Shown: positions 8,623 to 18,561, numbered from the stretch's first letter. The stretch is DNA of 64,000 bases from an uncultured delta proteobacterium (GCA_963812015.1 CAWETI010000003.1:2112001-2176000), one strand, 5' to 3'. Notes: generated by a model not told the origin, from the letters alone. Made by a program: numbers and translations.

Positions 8623-11600
8623 TTATTTGATCCGGGAAGCGTCCAGGAAATCCCGGACCTTTTTTATCAGGTCCATGGGCTTGAATGGCTTGGGGAGGAA
8701 AGGCTGGGATGGTTCTGGAACGCCATATGGGGCCAGGTCGCGGTCCGGGTAGCCCGACATGAAGAACACCTTCATGTCAGGATACAGAGGGGCCAGTCGG
8801 GTAGCCAATTCTAGTCCGCTCATGTGAGGCATCACCACATCGGTTACCATGAGGTGAATCGGCCCCTGATGCCGTTCACAGAGCAACAGGGCCTCGCCCC
8901 CGTCCCGGGCCTCCAAGACCTTGTAACCATACAGGCGGAAAAACCGGCACAGCAAAGTTCTGAGGGCATCCTCATCTTCCACCACCAGTATGGTTTCCGA
9001 TCCTTCCGGCTTAGCCGCGGGGGTCATCTGGTCCCTGGGGGCCACCGCCGCCGTCTCGAAGCGCGGCAGATAGAGGGTGAAGCTGGTGCCCTCACCGACC
9101 CGACTCTCCACGTCAATATAACCGCCGTTTTGTTTGACAATCCCATACACCATGGACAGCCCTAAACCGGTGCCCTTGCCCACTTCTTTCGTGGTGAAAA
9201 ACGGCTCAAAAATGTGCGTCAGGGTCTCCGCATCCATACCGGCGCCGGTGTCGCGCACCGTCAGCCTCACGTAACGCCCCGGCGGAGCCACCACAGCGTG
9301 GCCTTGATAACGGGTGGCAAACTCGATATTGGCCGTCTCCAGGGTGAGCCGGCCCCCGGTGGGCATGGCATCCCGGGCGTTGACCGCCAGGTTCATGATG
9401 ATCTGGGTGATCTGCCCGGGGTCAGCTCTCACCAGCCCCACATCGGGGCCGGCCGCGATTTCCAGGTCGATATCTTCCCCGATGAGGCGTCGCAGCATCT
9501 TTTCCACGTCGGCCACCACCCGGTCGAGGTGGAACACTTGGGGCTGCATTATCTGCTGGCGGCTGAAAGCCAGCAACTGTTGGGTCAGGGACGCGGCGCG
9601 TTCGGTGGCCGTGAGGATATGTTCGCTATATCTATAGAGCGGGTCATCTTTCATCAGGGCAGTCCGCATGAGTTCGCCGTAGCCCATGATGGCCATCAAG
9701 AGGTTGTTGAAGTCATGGGCCACGCCGCCGGCCAACCGGCCTACCGCCTCCATCTTTTGGGACTGCAGCAACTGGGCTTCCAGGGCCTTGCGCTCCGTGA
9801 TGTCGATTCCCAGTTCCAGGACCATGGGGGAGCCGTCAATATCGGCAAAGGGGTAATTGTAGATATGGTAGGTTTGCCCCTGGGGGCTGGTCCACTCCCA
9901 GTTTTTGGGTTTCTGGGACTCAAGGACCTCCACGTTCGGGCAATTTTTACAAGGTTTCTGGCGACCGCGTAATATCTCGAAACATTTTTTGGCCCCCGGT
10001 TCACCAAAGATTTCCTTAAAAATGCGATTAACAAAGGGTATGGTGTAGTCTGGGGCCAGAAGTCAGACGTAGGCCGGCAGCACGTCCAGGAGGGAAAAGA
10101 ACCGCTGGCGCTCCTTTTGCAGTGTGGTTTCCGCCTCTTTGCGTGCCGTGATGTCAAATAAGACGCCGCTGACGAAATCAACCTTTCCAGCAGCATCGCA
10201 AAATATCTGACCCCGGGCTTGAATCCAGCAAATATCGCCGTCTTTTTCCCGGATGCGGTATTCCCGTACGTAAGAATGGTCCCCTTTGAGGGCCTCAATA
10301 AGGCTGTGGCGGACCTTAACCAGGTCCTCCGGGAGGATCAGATCGCACCATTTGAGCTTCCGGGAGTCAAATTCTGTTTTCCCATAACCGGTGAGGGCTT
10401 CTACTTTGTGGTCGAAGAAATCGATGCTCCAATCCGCATATCCTTTAAAAATCACGGCCGGGATTTGATTGACCAGCATCTGGTACTGATTTTCACTCTC
10501 TTTGAGGGCCTCCTCAGCCAGCCGGCGCGCCGTGATGTCCCTCCAGGCGCCGGTGACTTCCACCGGATTGCCGTCCTGGTCCCGCATCAGCTTGACCTCA
10601 TCGCACATCCAGCGGTAGGCGCCATCCTTAGCCAGGAAGCGGTATTCCAGGCTCTGATGGTCCTCTGGCCACGGGAACTTAAGCTGTTCCAGAATTCGGG
10701 GACGATCTTCGGGGTGAAGGTGATTGATCCAGAAACGGGGATCTTCCAGGAAGTCCCGGGGTTCCCAGCCCACCTGGGCCTTGATGTTTTCACTCACATA
10801 GGTGGGCGCGAAATCGCTTCCGGCTTCACAGGTATAAATGGCCGCCGGGCTGGAGGCCAGCAACTGCTCCAGCCGCGCCTTGGTTTTCATGGGCTCGGTG
10901 ACATCGATGGCAGTGATACCGATCAGGACCGGCGACCCATCCGGACCGGCGATGGGAAACCGGTAGGCAGCCCAGTGATGCACTCCGTCGGGATGGGGCA
11001 ACGGCCCCAGGGTCTGCAACGCCTCCCCGCTCTCCAGGATCATCCGGTCCTGCGCCCTGAATCTCTCGGCGACATGCGGGGGCCAGAGGTCATCGGTGGT
11101 TTTTCCCAGCCACTCCTCCCGGGTTTTGTGAAATGCCCGTTCCCAGGCGGGGTTGACAAACAGGTAGCGCCCCTCCAGATCCCGGATGACGGCCACGCTG
11201 GGCAGGTGCCTCATGAAGGCGGTAAACAACCCCTGGCTCTCTTGCAACTCCCGTTCTGCCTGCTTCAGTTGGCTGATGTCGGTGACGGAGGTGTGGCAGA
11301 CCGGTGACCCATTGATATCTGCCACGGCGAGGCTATCCAGTCGGGCGTAAAAATTGCCCCCGTCCCGGCCTTTCAGTCTGATCTCACAGTGCTGTTGCCC
11401 CGGTTCCTGGAAAACCCGTTTGAGGAAGAGGCGGAAGAGTTCACTATCGTCAACTTCCATGAAGAGCTGGAAGGCCCGGGTGATCAGGCGATCCCGGTTT
11501 ACCCCCAATTGGTTGGCTGCGGTCAGGTTAATTTGCCGGATCAGGCCGGATTTATCCAGAGTCAGAAAGCCCACCGGGGAGAAGTCATAAAAATCACGAT

Positions 11601-11817
11601 ATCTTTTGGATGAGGCTTCCAAGGATGCCTGAGACTCCCGTAATGCCTCATTTTGCATTTCCAGCTCAAGTTGATGCACTTGCAATTCATGGAGCATCGC
11701 CCTGATTGCCTCGGGGCTCAACTCCTGCAACCCGGGTGCTTCCAATTGCAGCCTGGCTTCGGCCCTTTTCCGGAGGTCCCGGGTCTCCTGGGGGGGTCTC
11801 CTGTCCTTTACCATCAC
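8623..11817 (-). pseudogene. Multi-PAS hybrid sensor kinase/response regulator interrupted by one in-frame TGA (10063-10065)
   Basis: ORFs 10063..11817 and 8623..9933 are in one frame and read LPAYV*LLAPDYTIPFVNRIFKEIFGEPGAKKCFEILRGRQKPCKNCPNVEV; H-box AHDFNN, HATPase_c and REC domains. Confidence 0.85.
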
Positions 11818-12717
11818 TCACTCCTCGTGGTAGGCAAAGCGCTCTTGAAATTGGCAGGGCGGGGAGCAGAGGCTAGGTTGCCATGGGTACCCCGGCGTTG
11901 CGGGCAAGCATGATTGCCTAACCTCCATCAGGCTGGGAGGTTCAGCCTCGAACCCTTACCGGCCCGCAACCGGTGCATCGGTTGAATGCCCCAAGAGATT
12001 AATTTGTCTCCAGGGTAAATAAAGCCGCCGGAAACAGAGAGGTTGGCCTCCTTGGCCCTGGGTTCGCTTTCCAGGCCCGCGTGCCGGCTGGGGAAGGCAG
12101 GAAAAATAGCGGGACACGTGGGCCGGAGCAAGGCTGCTTGAAGTGATTACCCTTAATTTACTTATTGATTTGTCTTAGATTGTCAAGTGATTTTTAGGAC
12201 GGTGCGACTAGCCAAGGATGGTCGGCGGGAGCTTTAAGCGGGGGGCGACTTCATTCGCCTGGCCGGGCGGTCAATTTGTAACCCACGCATCCTTTGCACC
12301 AGACATGCCGGAGTGAGCCCAAAGAGTGCTCTGCCGAGCACCAGTCCGCCTCTCCCGGGAGAGGCGGGGGTTGGACAGGCAGCCCTCCCCCCGGTATTGG
12401 ATCAACGTGAGTGGTGCCCTTGTCTTATGGTGGCTGATAGAGACGCCCATCAACTCATCCACCACAACCAAACCATTGACAGCAGGGACGGGAACTGGCA
12501 TATCTCTTGTCATAAAGGAGGGGATGAGTTCTTAAGCCGGGGCCCCTTTTTCGCTGTCTCCATAACCTCCTCAGGAGAGTGTTGCCCTCGACCCTGCCAG
12601 GAATGCTGATCAGAAGTTAGCGGGACACCCGGGTAAGGAGTGCGTCGGGGAAGGCGCCTCAAAGAAAAGTGCTCTCATGGTGCCCCCAAGGGAAAGATAA
12701 GGTAGAATATCCTTAGT

Positions 12718-12793
12718 GCGCCTGTAGCTCAGGGGACAGAGCAACGGACTTCTAATCCGTCGGTCGGAGGTTCGAATCCTCCCAGGCGCGCCA
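12718..12793 (+). tRNA. tRNA-Arg(TCT)
   Basis: GCGCCTG/CAGGCGC acceptor stem, D arm, ACGGA-CTTCTAA-TCCGT anticodon arm, GGAGG-TTCGAAT-CCTCC T arm, encoded CCA. Confidence 0.97.
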
Positions 12794-12795
12794 GT
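12748..12795 (+). repeat. attL (3' part of tRNA-Arg)
   Basis: acttctaatccgtcggtcggaggttcgaatcctcccaggcgcgccagt, identical to 44565-44612. Confidence 0.95.
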
Positions 12796-12823
12796 TATAT
12801 CAAGTAGTTATGTAATTTAGTTA

Positions 12824-14011
12824 TTATCTATTGTTCACTTGGTCAACGATATGGTCAACACTTTGCAGAATATGACTATCCAACCACTCGGTATATTGCC
12901 TCATGGCCTGGTGCAGATCATCCTCAGAGGGGGCCATATAGTGAACGTCCATACCTTGAAGGGAATGGCCTAAGATCGTATCCCGATACACCTTATCAAC
13001 TCCCGCACTCAGCATATTGGTTTTGACCGTCCGCCGTATATCGTGGAAGGTGATGCCGTTTTGCTGATCCTGCCCGTATGGTATCCCGGCCTTACCACAA
13101 GCTGATATAAACGATTTCTTAATCCCGCCGGCAGTCACGATGGGCTCATGGTGATAGGTGAGCACTAAATCATGGTGGATTGCCCGCGTGATGTCTGCAA
13201 GCACTCGCTTGACTTGATGGTTAATCGGTATCACCTTGGCCTTGCGCTCTTTGGTGAGGTCTGCGGGTAGTCTGATAACCCACTTCTCCCGGTCGATATG
13301 GGACCATTGTAGCGCCCGGAGTTCTCCGGTCCTCATGCCAGTATTGAAGGCTAAGATAAGAAAAGCTCTTAGATGATCAGGCGCCACGGCCACTATCTTA
13401 AGATATTCCTCAATGGTGAGGGTTCGCTTCCTGGCATTAGCCGCCTTTTTCAGTTTCCGTTTTACTGTCCTAAATGCCTTGACCGTCCGGCCGTCCACCA
13501 GGTCATTATCGAAGGCTTTGGTGACCATTGTCTTGACCAGGGATATTTCCATGTCAACGGTAGCGGGGGCTCGGCCATCTTCTTCTCTCTTGTCCTGGTA
13601 CTCTTCGAGGTCCAGAGGTTTTAAGCTGCTCACGATCCGGTTTCCAAATACCCGGTTAAAATTGGCGATTCCCTGCTTGATTCGGGTATAGGAAGAAAGT
13701 TTCTTGACCGGGCTCAAGTCAAGATACCACTCCGCAAGCTCGGTGAAGGTCATGCGCTCCGATGGTACTTTTTCCAGAATACCGGGATTCTCATATTTTT
13801 GGGCCTTGCGCTTGCCCTCTGCGGCCTTTGCTTCCTTAATGAGATACCCCACAACCTCCCGGCGCTGCGTGCCGTTGGCGAGCCGGTAATTAACCCAGTA
13901 GCGGACCTTTTTTGATCCCTTGGCCTTAACCAGGTCTGCCCCGCAAACACAAATCCGATTCTTGACCGCTTGCTTCTTGTGGCATACGGGGCACTCAGCT
14001 AAGATCGCCAT
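12824..14011 (-). CDS. int: Tyrosine recombinase/integrase
   Basis: GMRTGE, FHDIRR, LGH and VHY catalytic residues intact; N-terminal CxxC…CxC. Confidence 0.95.
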   Translation of the reverse strand: MAILAECPVCHKKQAVKNRICVCGADLVKAKGSKKVRYWVNYRLANGTQRREVVGYLIKEAKAAEGKRKAQKYENPGILEKVPSERMTFTELAEWYLDLSPVKKLSSYTRIKQGIANFNRVFGNRIVSSLKPLDLEEYQDKREEDGRAPATVDMEISLVKTMVTKAFDNDLVDGRTVKAFRTVKRKLKKAANARKRTLTIEEYLKIVAVAPDHLRAFLILAFNTGMRTGELRALQWSHIDREKWVIRLPADLTKERKAKVIPINHQVKRVLADITRAIHHDLVLTYHHEPIVTAGGIKKSFISACGKAGIPYGQDQQNGITFHDIRRTVKTNMLSAGVDKVYRDTILGHSLQGMDVHYMAPSEDDLHQAMRQYTEWLDSHILQSVDHIVDQVNNR

Positions 14012-14210
14012 GGTCTTTCTCCTTGTGTCCGGATTCCTTCGTTATCCGATGCTCCAGAGCCTCCAGGGCCAGAGGTAGGACGGGAGTGGGAACCTGAACC
14101 CCTCGCTCCCATCTACTAACGGTCATTACATCGACACCTAACGCCTGGGCCAGCTTGGTTTGGGTCAGGGCCCACCGTTTTCGCCATTCGGTTAGATCGC
14201 GTCCCTTCAT
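13995..14210 (-). CDS. XRE-family HTH regulator
   Basis: LTQTKLAQALGVDVMTVSRWERG. Confidence 0.9.
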   Translation of the reverse strand: MKGRDLTEWRKRWALTQTKLAQALGVDVMTVSRWERGVQVPTPVLPLALEALEHRITKESGHKEKDHGDLS

Positions 14211-14216
14211 GGTCTT

Positions 14217-14244
14217 ATTATAGTCGTTACGCCTATACTGTCAA
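14217..14244 (-). promoter_or_regulatory. Sigma70 promoter of xre-int with an overlapping palindromic operator
   Basis: TTGACA-N16-TATAAT; imperfect palindrome TATAGTCGTTACGCCTATA at 14219-14237. Confidence 0.75.
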
Positions 14245-15624
14245 GCGATAAAGTGTTTTTTTTGATATGCTTCCCTTATTCTCGTGTCACCCCTGTCCTC
14301 CAAAAATAGTTGCTGTATTTTCCAGTAGATAATGGGGACACGTATTTGGGGGGGGGACACGTCCGTTCGTGTCCGGCAGGGAACGTCGATGCGGAAGGAG
14401 GGGGGCGCTCAATCGCCCGCTCCCCAGGCCGGCCTGGCCAGACCCAGCCGTCCCTGCCCCGTGGGGACCGCCGCCGCACCCATGGCCCCGCCGGCCAGAC
14501 CCAGGGGTGCAGGGGGCAGAACCAGGGAACCGGAACAGGCCCAATAGCAGCTGGTCCCGAGCATAGCGCCGGACATTCTTTCTTGTGGTCGCCGCCCACC
14601 GCTGCCCTCGGACCTCGGTCGGCCAGTCGTCCGGTCTCGCCCCCGCCTCGCCCAAGCACCCCCCAGCCGCCCCCCCCTCTGCGCCCACGCCCATACCCCT
14701 AATCGCCGCCCGACACCGCCTGCCCGCGGGCCTCCCCTGCCGCGACCCGAATCGCGCCCCAGCCCCAGGCCCGGAACCGGAACCCGGAAACGGAAGGTGG
14801 TCCCCCCCTTACATCAATGCTCCGAGCGGACATTTTTTCATAAAATCATTCCCCGGGAAAAAACTCCCCCTGTGGCGGGACCAGCCCAAAAAATTTCATA
14901 TGAAAAATTCTTCTGGGATTTAGATGATGGTGGCCATAACGAAGGCGTTGGCGCCGGCAGTTGCCACTCCAGTGGGGAGGCCCATATAAGGATTGATGGA
15001 AAATTCCCACCACCGAAGGCTAAACGCAAGACCCGCGACAAAGTAGCGGCCTACGAGCGGGTATCGGGCCGGACGATGAGGAAGGCGATGGTTGCGGGGG
15101 AAAGTTCGGCCTGTTCCAGGGCGTTTTGATGTACACGGAGGGGGGCCATTGCCGTGTCCCGCCCCGGAGACAAAACCGCCGTTTGTTTCTACCTCGGGAT
15201 TCGCCTCTTCCGGGCTCCTGCGGAGAACACCTTTTGCCCCACCGACCTTACCCTTGGATTCTCCTTTCCGTGGGCGTGGCGGGGCTGTGAGTGGCCCTGA
15301 GCGCAGTCGATTTATCTTGTTTGGTGGAGGTCTTGGGGGCATCTCAGGTTGCCGGTACCCCAGGCGAGCGAGATCGGCCAGGAGAAGGGCGACGGCACCC
15401 GGGCCGATTTCTTCCAGCCTGCTGCTTCCGGCGCCAACACCGCCCGGTCTCGCACCCGTGGGCTTGAGTCTGAGTCGGAAACCGGAACACCTGGGGATAG
15501 CCCTCCCCCCCAAGTCGATGTGATCTCCAATCCCCTTTGCAGGGGTTCTGATATACGAACCATAAGGAAAAATTAACGAAAGACCGTATAGTGGCAACGT
15601 ATAGGGAAAAGGTTGTATAGGGTG

Positions 15625-15686
15625 AAAAAGGGAAAGCCACGAACGCTCTTTTCCAGTCTTCTGACCGGATCAGGCCTTCGTGGCTT
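15625..15686 (-). terminator. Terminator containing a GCC-ACGAA-GGC hairpin (motif copy 3)
   Basis: Minus strand AAGCCACGAAGGC…TTCGTGGCTTTCCCTTTTT. Confidence 0.65.
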
Positions 15687-15714
15687 AATTCTTTAGCAGA
15701 TTCGCGGCTTTCCG

Positions 15715-15876
15715 TTAATGACAGCAGGTGTGCCCGTGTTGGTGATGCCCATCGTCATGGGCGTGCTCATGGGAATGTTCCGTAGCCTCGTGACTATGCT
15801 CATGACCGTCATGGCTATGGGACGCCCCTTCGTGCCGGTGTTCGTGCTCATGTTTGTCCTTGGAATGGCAACACAT
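15715..15876 (-). CDS. His/Cys-rich 53-aa putative metal-binding peptide (not in ORF track)
   Basis: MCCHSKDKHEHEHRHEGASHSHDGHEHSHEATEHSHEHAHDDGHHQHGHTCCH; AGGAGGG RBS 7 nt upstream. Confidence 0.85.
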   Translation of the reverse strand: MCCHSKDKHEHEHRHEGASHSHDGHEHSHEATEHSHEHAHDDGHHQHGHTCCH

Positions 15877-15906
15877 CTTTCATCCCTCCTTTCCCTCTTT
15901 TCTATC

Positions 15907-15935
15907 AAGATAAACTGCCTCTTATCTCATGTCAA
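15907..15935 (-). promoter_or_regulatory. Promoter of the His-rich peptide with an internal inverted repeat
   Basis: TTGACA-N17-TATCTT; AGATAA-N8-TTATCT at 15908-15927. Confidence 0.65.
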
Positions 15936-16033
15936 TTGGACCAGCTTAGAATTAATTAACCAAGATTATGCAACCAACTTGACCAACTCTATCAAAAATT
16001 GATCTTAGGGACCTTTTCTCTGAGAGGCTGTGT

Positions 16034-16885
16034 CTAATCAGTGCTTAAGCGAAACGCCAGGGGGATTTCAATGGTCAACTTCTGACGGTTCAGGTCGGCG
16101 GGGAATGGAGGAAAGTGACCAACCTTGCGAATGGTTTCTTTGGCAGCTTCATCCAGCAGATCTTGCCCCGAGGAGCGGCTGATTCGGGAGGATTCGATCT
16201 GGCCCCCGGAGCCGATGGTAAATACCATGACCACTACCCCCTGGAGTTGGCGGCGGCGGGCCATGAGGGGATAATCTTTCTGTTTTTCCAGGAGTTGGCG
16301 GACCACCTTTAGATAGCCCTGGAGCGCCGAACCGGCCCCGGAGCCCGGCCCCTGGCCTTGGCCAATACCACCGCCGGCCCCGGTCCCCCGTCCCCCGCCC
16401 TGGCCCCCCGCGCCTGTGCCCGAAAGGCCACCCGGGACGCCCGGGCCACTGGCCCTGCTGCTGGTGATCGCGGTATCCGAGGGTTTAGCCCTGGTGATCG
16501 CGGGTGGCGGCGCCGGTGCAAGGATTACCGGGGCTACACTGGGTTCCAGCGGTGGCGGTGGAGCCAGCTTGATCTTGGGCGGCTTTGGAGGTTTGGCCGG
16601 AGGTTTATGGGGTGCGGGGGGTTGCGACGGCTTAGGCGCGACGGCATCTGGCCTAGTCACCGGGCTGGGCCGACCGCCGCCGCCACCGGCGGGGCCTGGC
16701 TTGAAGGGTACCAGGGTAATGGCTTCCACCGGGACCACCACTTTCGGCTTCGGGGGTATTTGGTGGAAGACCGCCACCACGGTGGCCACGATAAGGCCAT
16801 GGACCAGTAGGGAACCCAGCGCTCCCCAGAGAAACGCTCCCCGGGGATTCCAGGCCCCGCCCACTTGCTGATAACCCCAGGCCAT
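16034..16885 (-). CDS. tonB: Energy transducer TonB
   Basis: N-terminal TM (SLLVH), Pro/Gly-rich linker, YPLMARRRQLQGVV…SSG…LDEAA C-terminal domain. Confidence 0.9.
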   Translation of the reverse strand: MAWGYQQVGGAWNPRGAFLWGALGSLLVHGLIVATVVAVFHQIPPKPKVVVPVEAITLVPFKPGPAGGGGGRPSPVTRPDAVAPKPSQPPAPHKPPAKPPKPPKIKLAPPPPLEPSVAPVILAPAPPPAITRAKPSDTAITSSRASGPGVPGGLSGTGAGGQGGGRGTGAGGGIGQGQGPGSGAGSALQGYLKVVRQLLEKQKDYPLMARRRQLQGVVVMVFTIGSGGQIESSRISRSSGQDLLDEAAKETIRKVGHFPPFPADLNRQKLTIEIPLAFRLSTD

Positions 16886-16889
16886 TTGG

Positions 16890-17285
16890 CTACTTTTGCT
16901 CCACCTCGATGCCGATGCGCTGCACCTTAAGACCCCGGAGGCGGTCCATCACTTCGATGAGGCGACCGTGGCGGGTGTCGGTATCCGCGGCGATGATGGC
17001 TTGAGGTTCCTTGCCCTGTTGCTGGGCGGTGAACACCTTCTCGAAATCGCCATCCTGCGCCAGCTTGACCCCGTTGACCGCGATGTGGCCCTCCCGGTCT
17101 ATGCTGATGATGATGGGGACGCTCTCCAGTTTGTTGGCCTGGGCGGCCTTGGGCAGGGCGATGGCGAAGGTGCGGGGCATCATCACCGTGGCCGTCAACA
17201 GAAAGATGATGAGGATGACCAGGACGATGTCCACGAAGGGGGTCATGTTGATCTCGGTAATGGGCCCGTGGATGTGGCCTTTCAT
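16890..17285 (-). CDS. exbD: Biopolymer transport protein ExbD
   Basis: EINMTPFVDIVLVILIIF. Confidence 0.92.
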   Translation of the reverse strand: MKGHIHGPITEINMTPFVDIVLVILIIFLLTATVMMPRTFAIALPKAAQANKLESVPIIISIDREGHIAVNGVKLAQDGDFEKVFTAQQQGKEPQAIIAADTDTRHGRLIEVMDRLRGLKVQRIGIEVEQK

Positions 17286-17977
17286 GCCAGCCTCCCCGCC
17301 TGGCGGGCAGCCTTGAACAGTTCCGCATCCGGGAGAGCGATCTCCCCGGTCCCGGCGGCGCCGTCCAGATGGGCCAGGAGCAGCTGCTCCAGAAACCGGG
17401 AACGCTCCTGGACCACGTGCAGGCGACGGTGGAAAAAGTTGTACATCACCACCGCGGGGATGGCCACCAGCAGGCCAATGGCGGTGGCCACCAGGGCTTC
17501 GGCGATGCCGGCCATGACTGCGGGGCCTCCGCCCCCCTCGGTCAGGGCCAGGTCCTTGAAGGCATGCATGATGCCCAGGACGGTGCCGAACAAGCCGATG
17601 AAAGGGGCGTTGGCTCCCAGGGTGCCCAGAAAGCTCAAGCGCCGCCCCAGGAAGAGGCCGACTCGGAGCCGCTCGCCTTCCATGAGGTCCTGGACCGCGC
17701 TCTTGCCCCGGGGAATCTCTTTGAGGCCCGCCAACAGCACCCGGGCTTCCAAACCGGATTCGGCCTCGCAGCGGGAAACGACCTGAGGCCAGTCGCCTTG
17801 TTTGAGAGCGGGTTCGATCTCGGCCACAAAGCGGTCCGGGTCAAAGCGACAGCGGTAAAAGGTTAGGGCCTTGTCGATCATGATCGCCACGGAAGCGACG
17901 CTCAAGCCCAGGAGCAGCCACAGCACCCAGGCGCTGCCGCCCAGAGCCATATTGAGCAGGGCCTTGGTTATATCCAT
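17282..17977 (-). CDS. exbB: MotA/TolQ/ExbB proton channel protein
   Basis: APFIGLFGTVLGIM and GIAEALVATAIGLLVAIPA. Confidence 0.92.
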   Translation of the reverse strand: MDITKALLNMALGGSAWVLWLLLGLSVASVAIMIDKALTFYRCRFDPDRFVAEIEPALKQGDWPQVVSRCEAESGLEARVLLAGLKEIPRGKSAVQDLMEGERLRVGLFLGRRLSFLGTLGANAPFIGLFGTVLGIMHAFKDLALTEGGGGPAVMAGIAEALVATAIGLLVAIPAVVMYNFFHRRLHVVQERSRFLEQLLLAHLDGAAGTGEIALPDAELFKAARQAGRLA

Positions 17978-17988
17978 GCATCCTCCCG

Positions 17989-18099
17989 AAAAAAAACAAG
18001 CCATGCGGCTGCGGTCCTTCCGGGCCGCGGTTGCCTTCATGGCTTGGATTTACGTTATTGAGCTGGTTAGTTCGATCTTCAGGGAGTTCAATCTCCCTG
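17989..18099 (-). promoter_or_regulatory. exbB leader: two hairpins plus attenuator terminator (motif copy 2)
   Basis: CAGGGAG-ATTGAA-CTCCCTG, then GCC-ATGAA-GGC overlapping the CAAGCCATG…CATGGCTTG-T8 terminator. Confidence 0.7.
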
Positions 18100-18109
18100 G
18101 ATGGCAGAA

Positions 18110-18139
18110 ATTATAGTTCTCCTCGGCATCGGATGTCAA
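18110..18139 (-). promoter_or_regulatory. Sigma70 promoter of exbB-exbD-tonB
   Basis: TTGACA-N18-TATAAT. Confidence 0.75.
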
Positions 18140-18210
18140 CCAGAATCGTTTTTCAGGCTCCCCCGGTGCAAACGATGGCTTGCTTGATTTCCTCCCCTTT
18201 GGAATATTGC

Positions 18211-18241
18211 TTGACAGCAAATCCGGAAGGCGCTATATAAA
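18211..18241 (+). promoter_or_regulatory. Sigma70 promoter of the receptor operon
   Basis: TTGACA at 18211 with a TATATAAA -10 region at 18234-18241. Confidence 0.65.
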
Positions 18242-18255
18242 TTTGAAATTATCGG

Positions 18256-18356
18256 GGGGCATGAAGCCTCACCGTTTAGATTAGATTCCCAAAAAGCTTT
18301 TTAATGACCACGAAGGTCTGGCGGCAGAACGCCGCCCGATATTTGTGGTTTTTTTT
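18256..18356 (+). promoter_or_regulatory. Receptor-operon leader: two AYGAA hairpins plus terminator (motif copy 1)
   Basis: GGGGC-ATGAA-GCCTC (18256-18270); GACC-ACGAA-GGTC (18306-18318) overlapping the ACCACGA…TTGTGGT-Tn terminator. Confidence 0.7.
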
Positions 18357-18561
18357 CGCCCGGTTTAGCCGGAGGTATTAAGGGCCAGCCGGGAGAGATG
18401 TTAACCAAAAGTAAGTAGGTAGGAATAGGAAGGGGGGGCGGCACCCCGGCAAGAGTCCCAGCCCCCCCTTCAGACCAATCCTCATTGCGGCAAGATCGGC
18501 CCGGTTTCTTTCTACCAGAACCAGGGCCGAGACGCAAACCGAAAGCGGAAGGAGAATAAAA

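Noticed and set aside
11928..12609. Short ORFs between the hybrid kinase and tRNA-Arg
   Set aside because: No recognisable motifs; the best RBS-ATG (12563, minus strand) opens only 17 codons; possibly a decayed gene but unsupported
15693..16002. Track ORFs 15693..15908 (-) and 15718..16002 (+)
   Set aside because: Met/Thr- and Met/Val-rich shadow frames of the His-rich peptide, which has the RBS
18357..18561. Cobalamin riboswitch upstream of the TonB-dependent receptor
   Set aside because: Hairpins are present, but I could not find the B12-box/GCCACTG consensus elements
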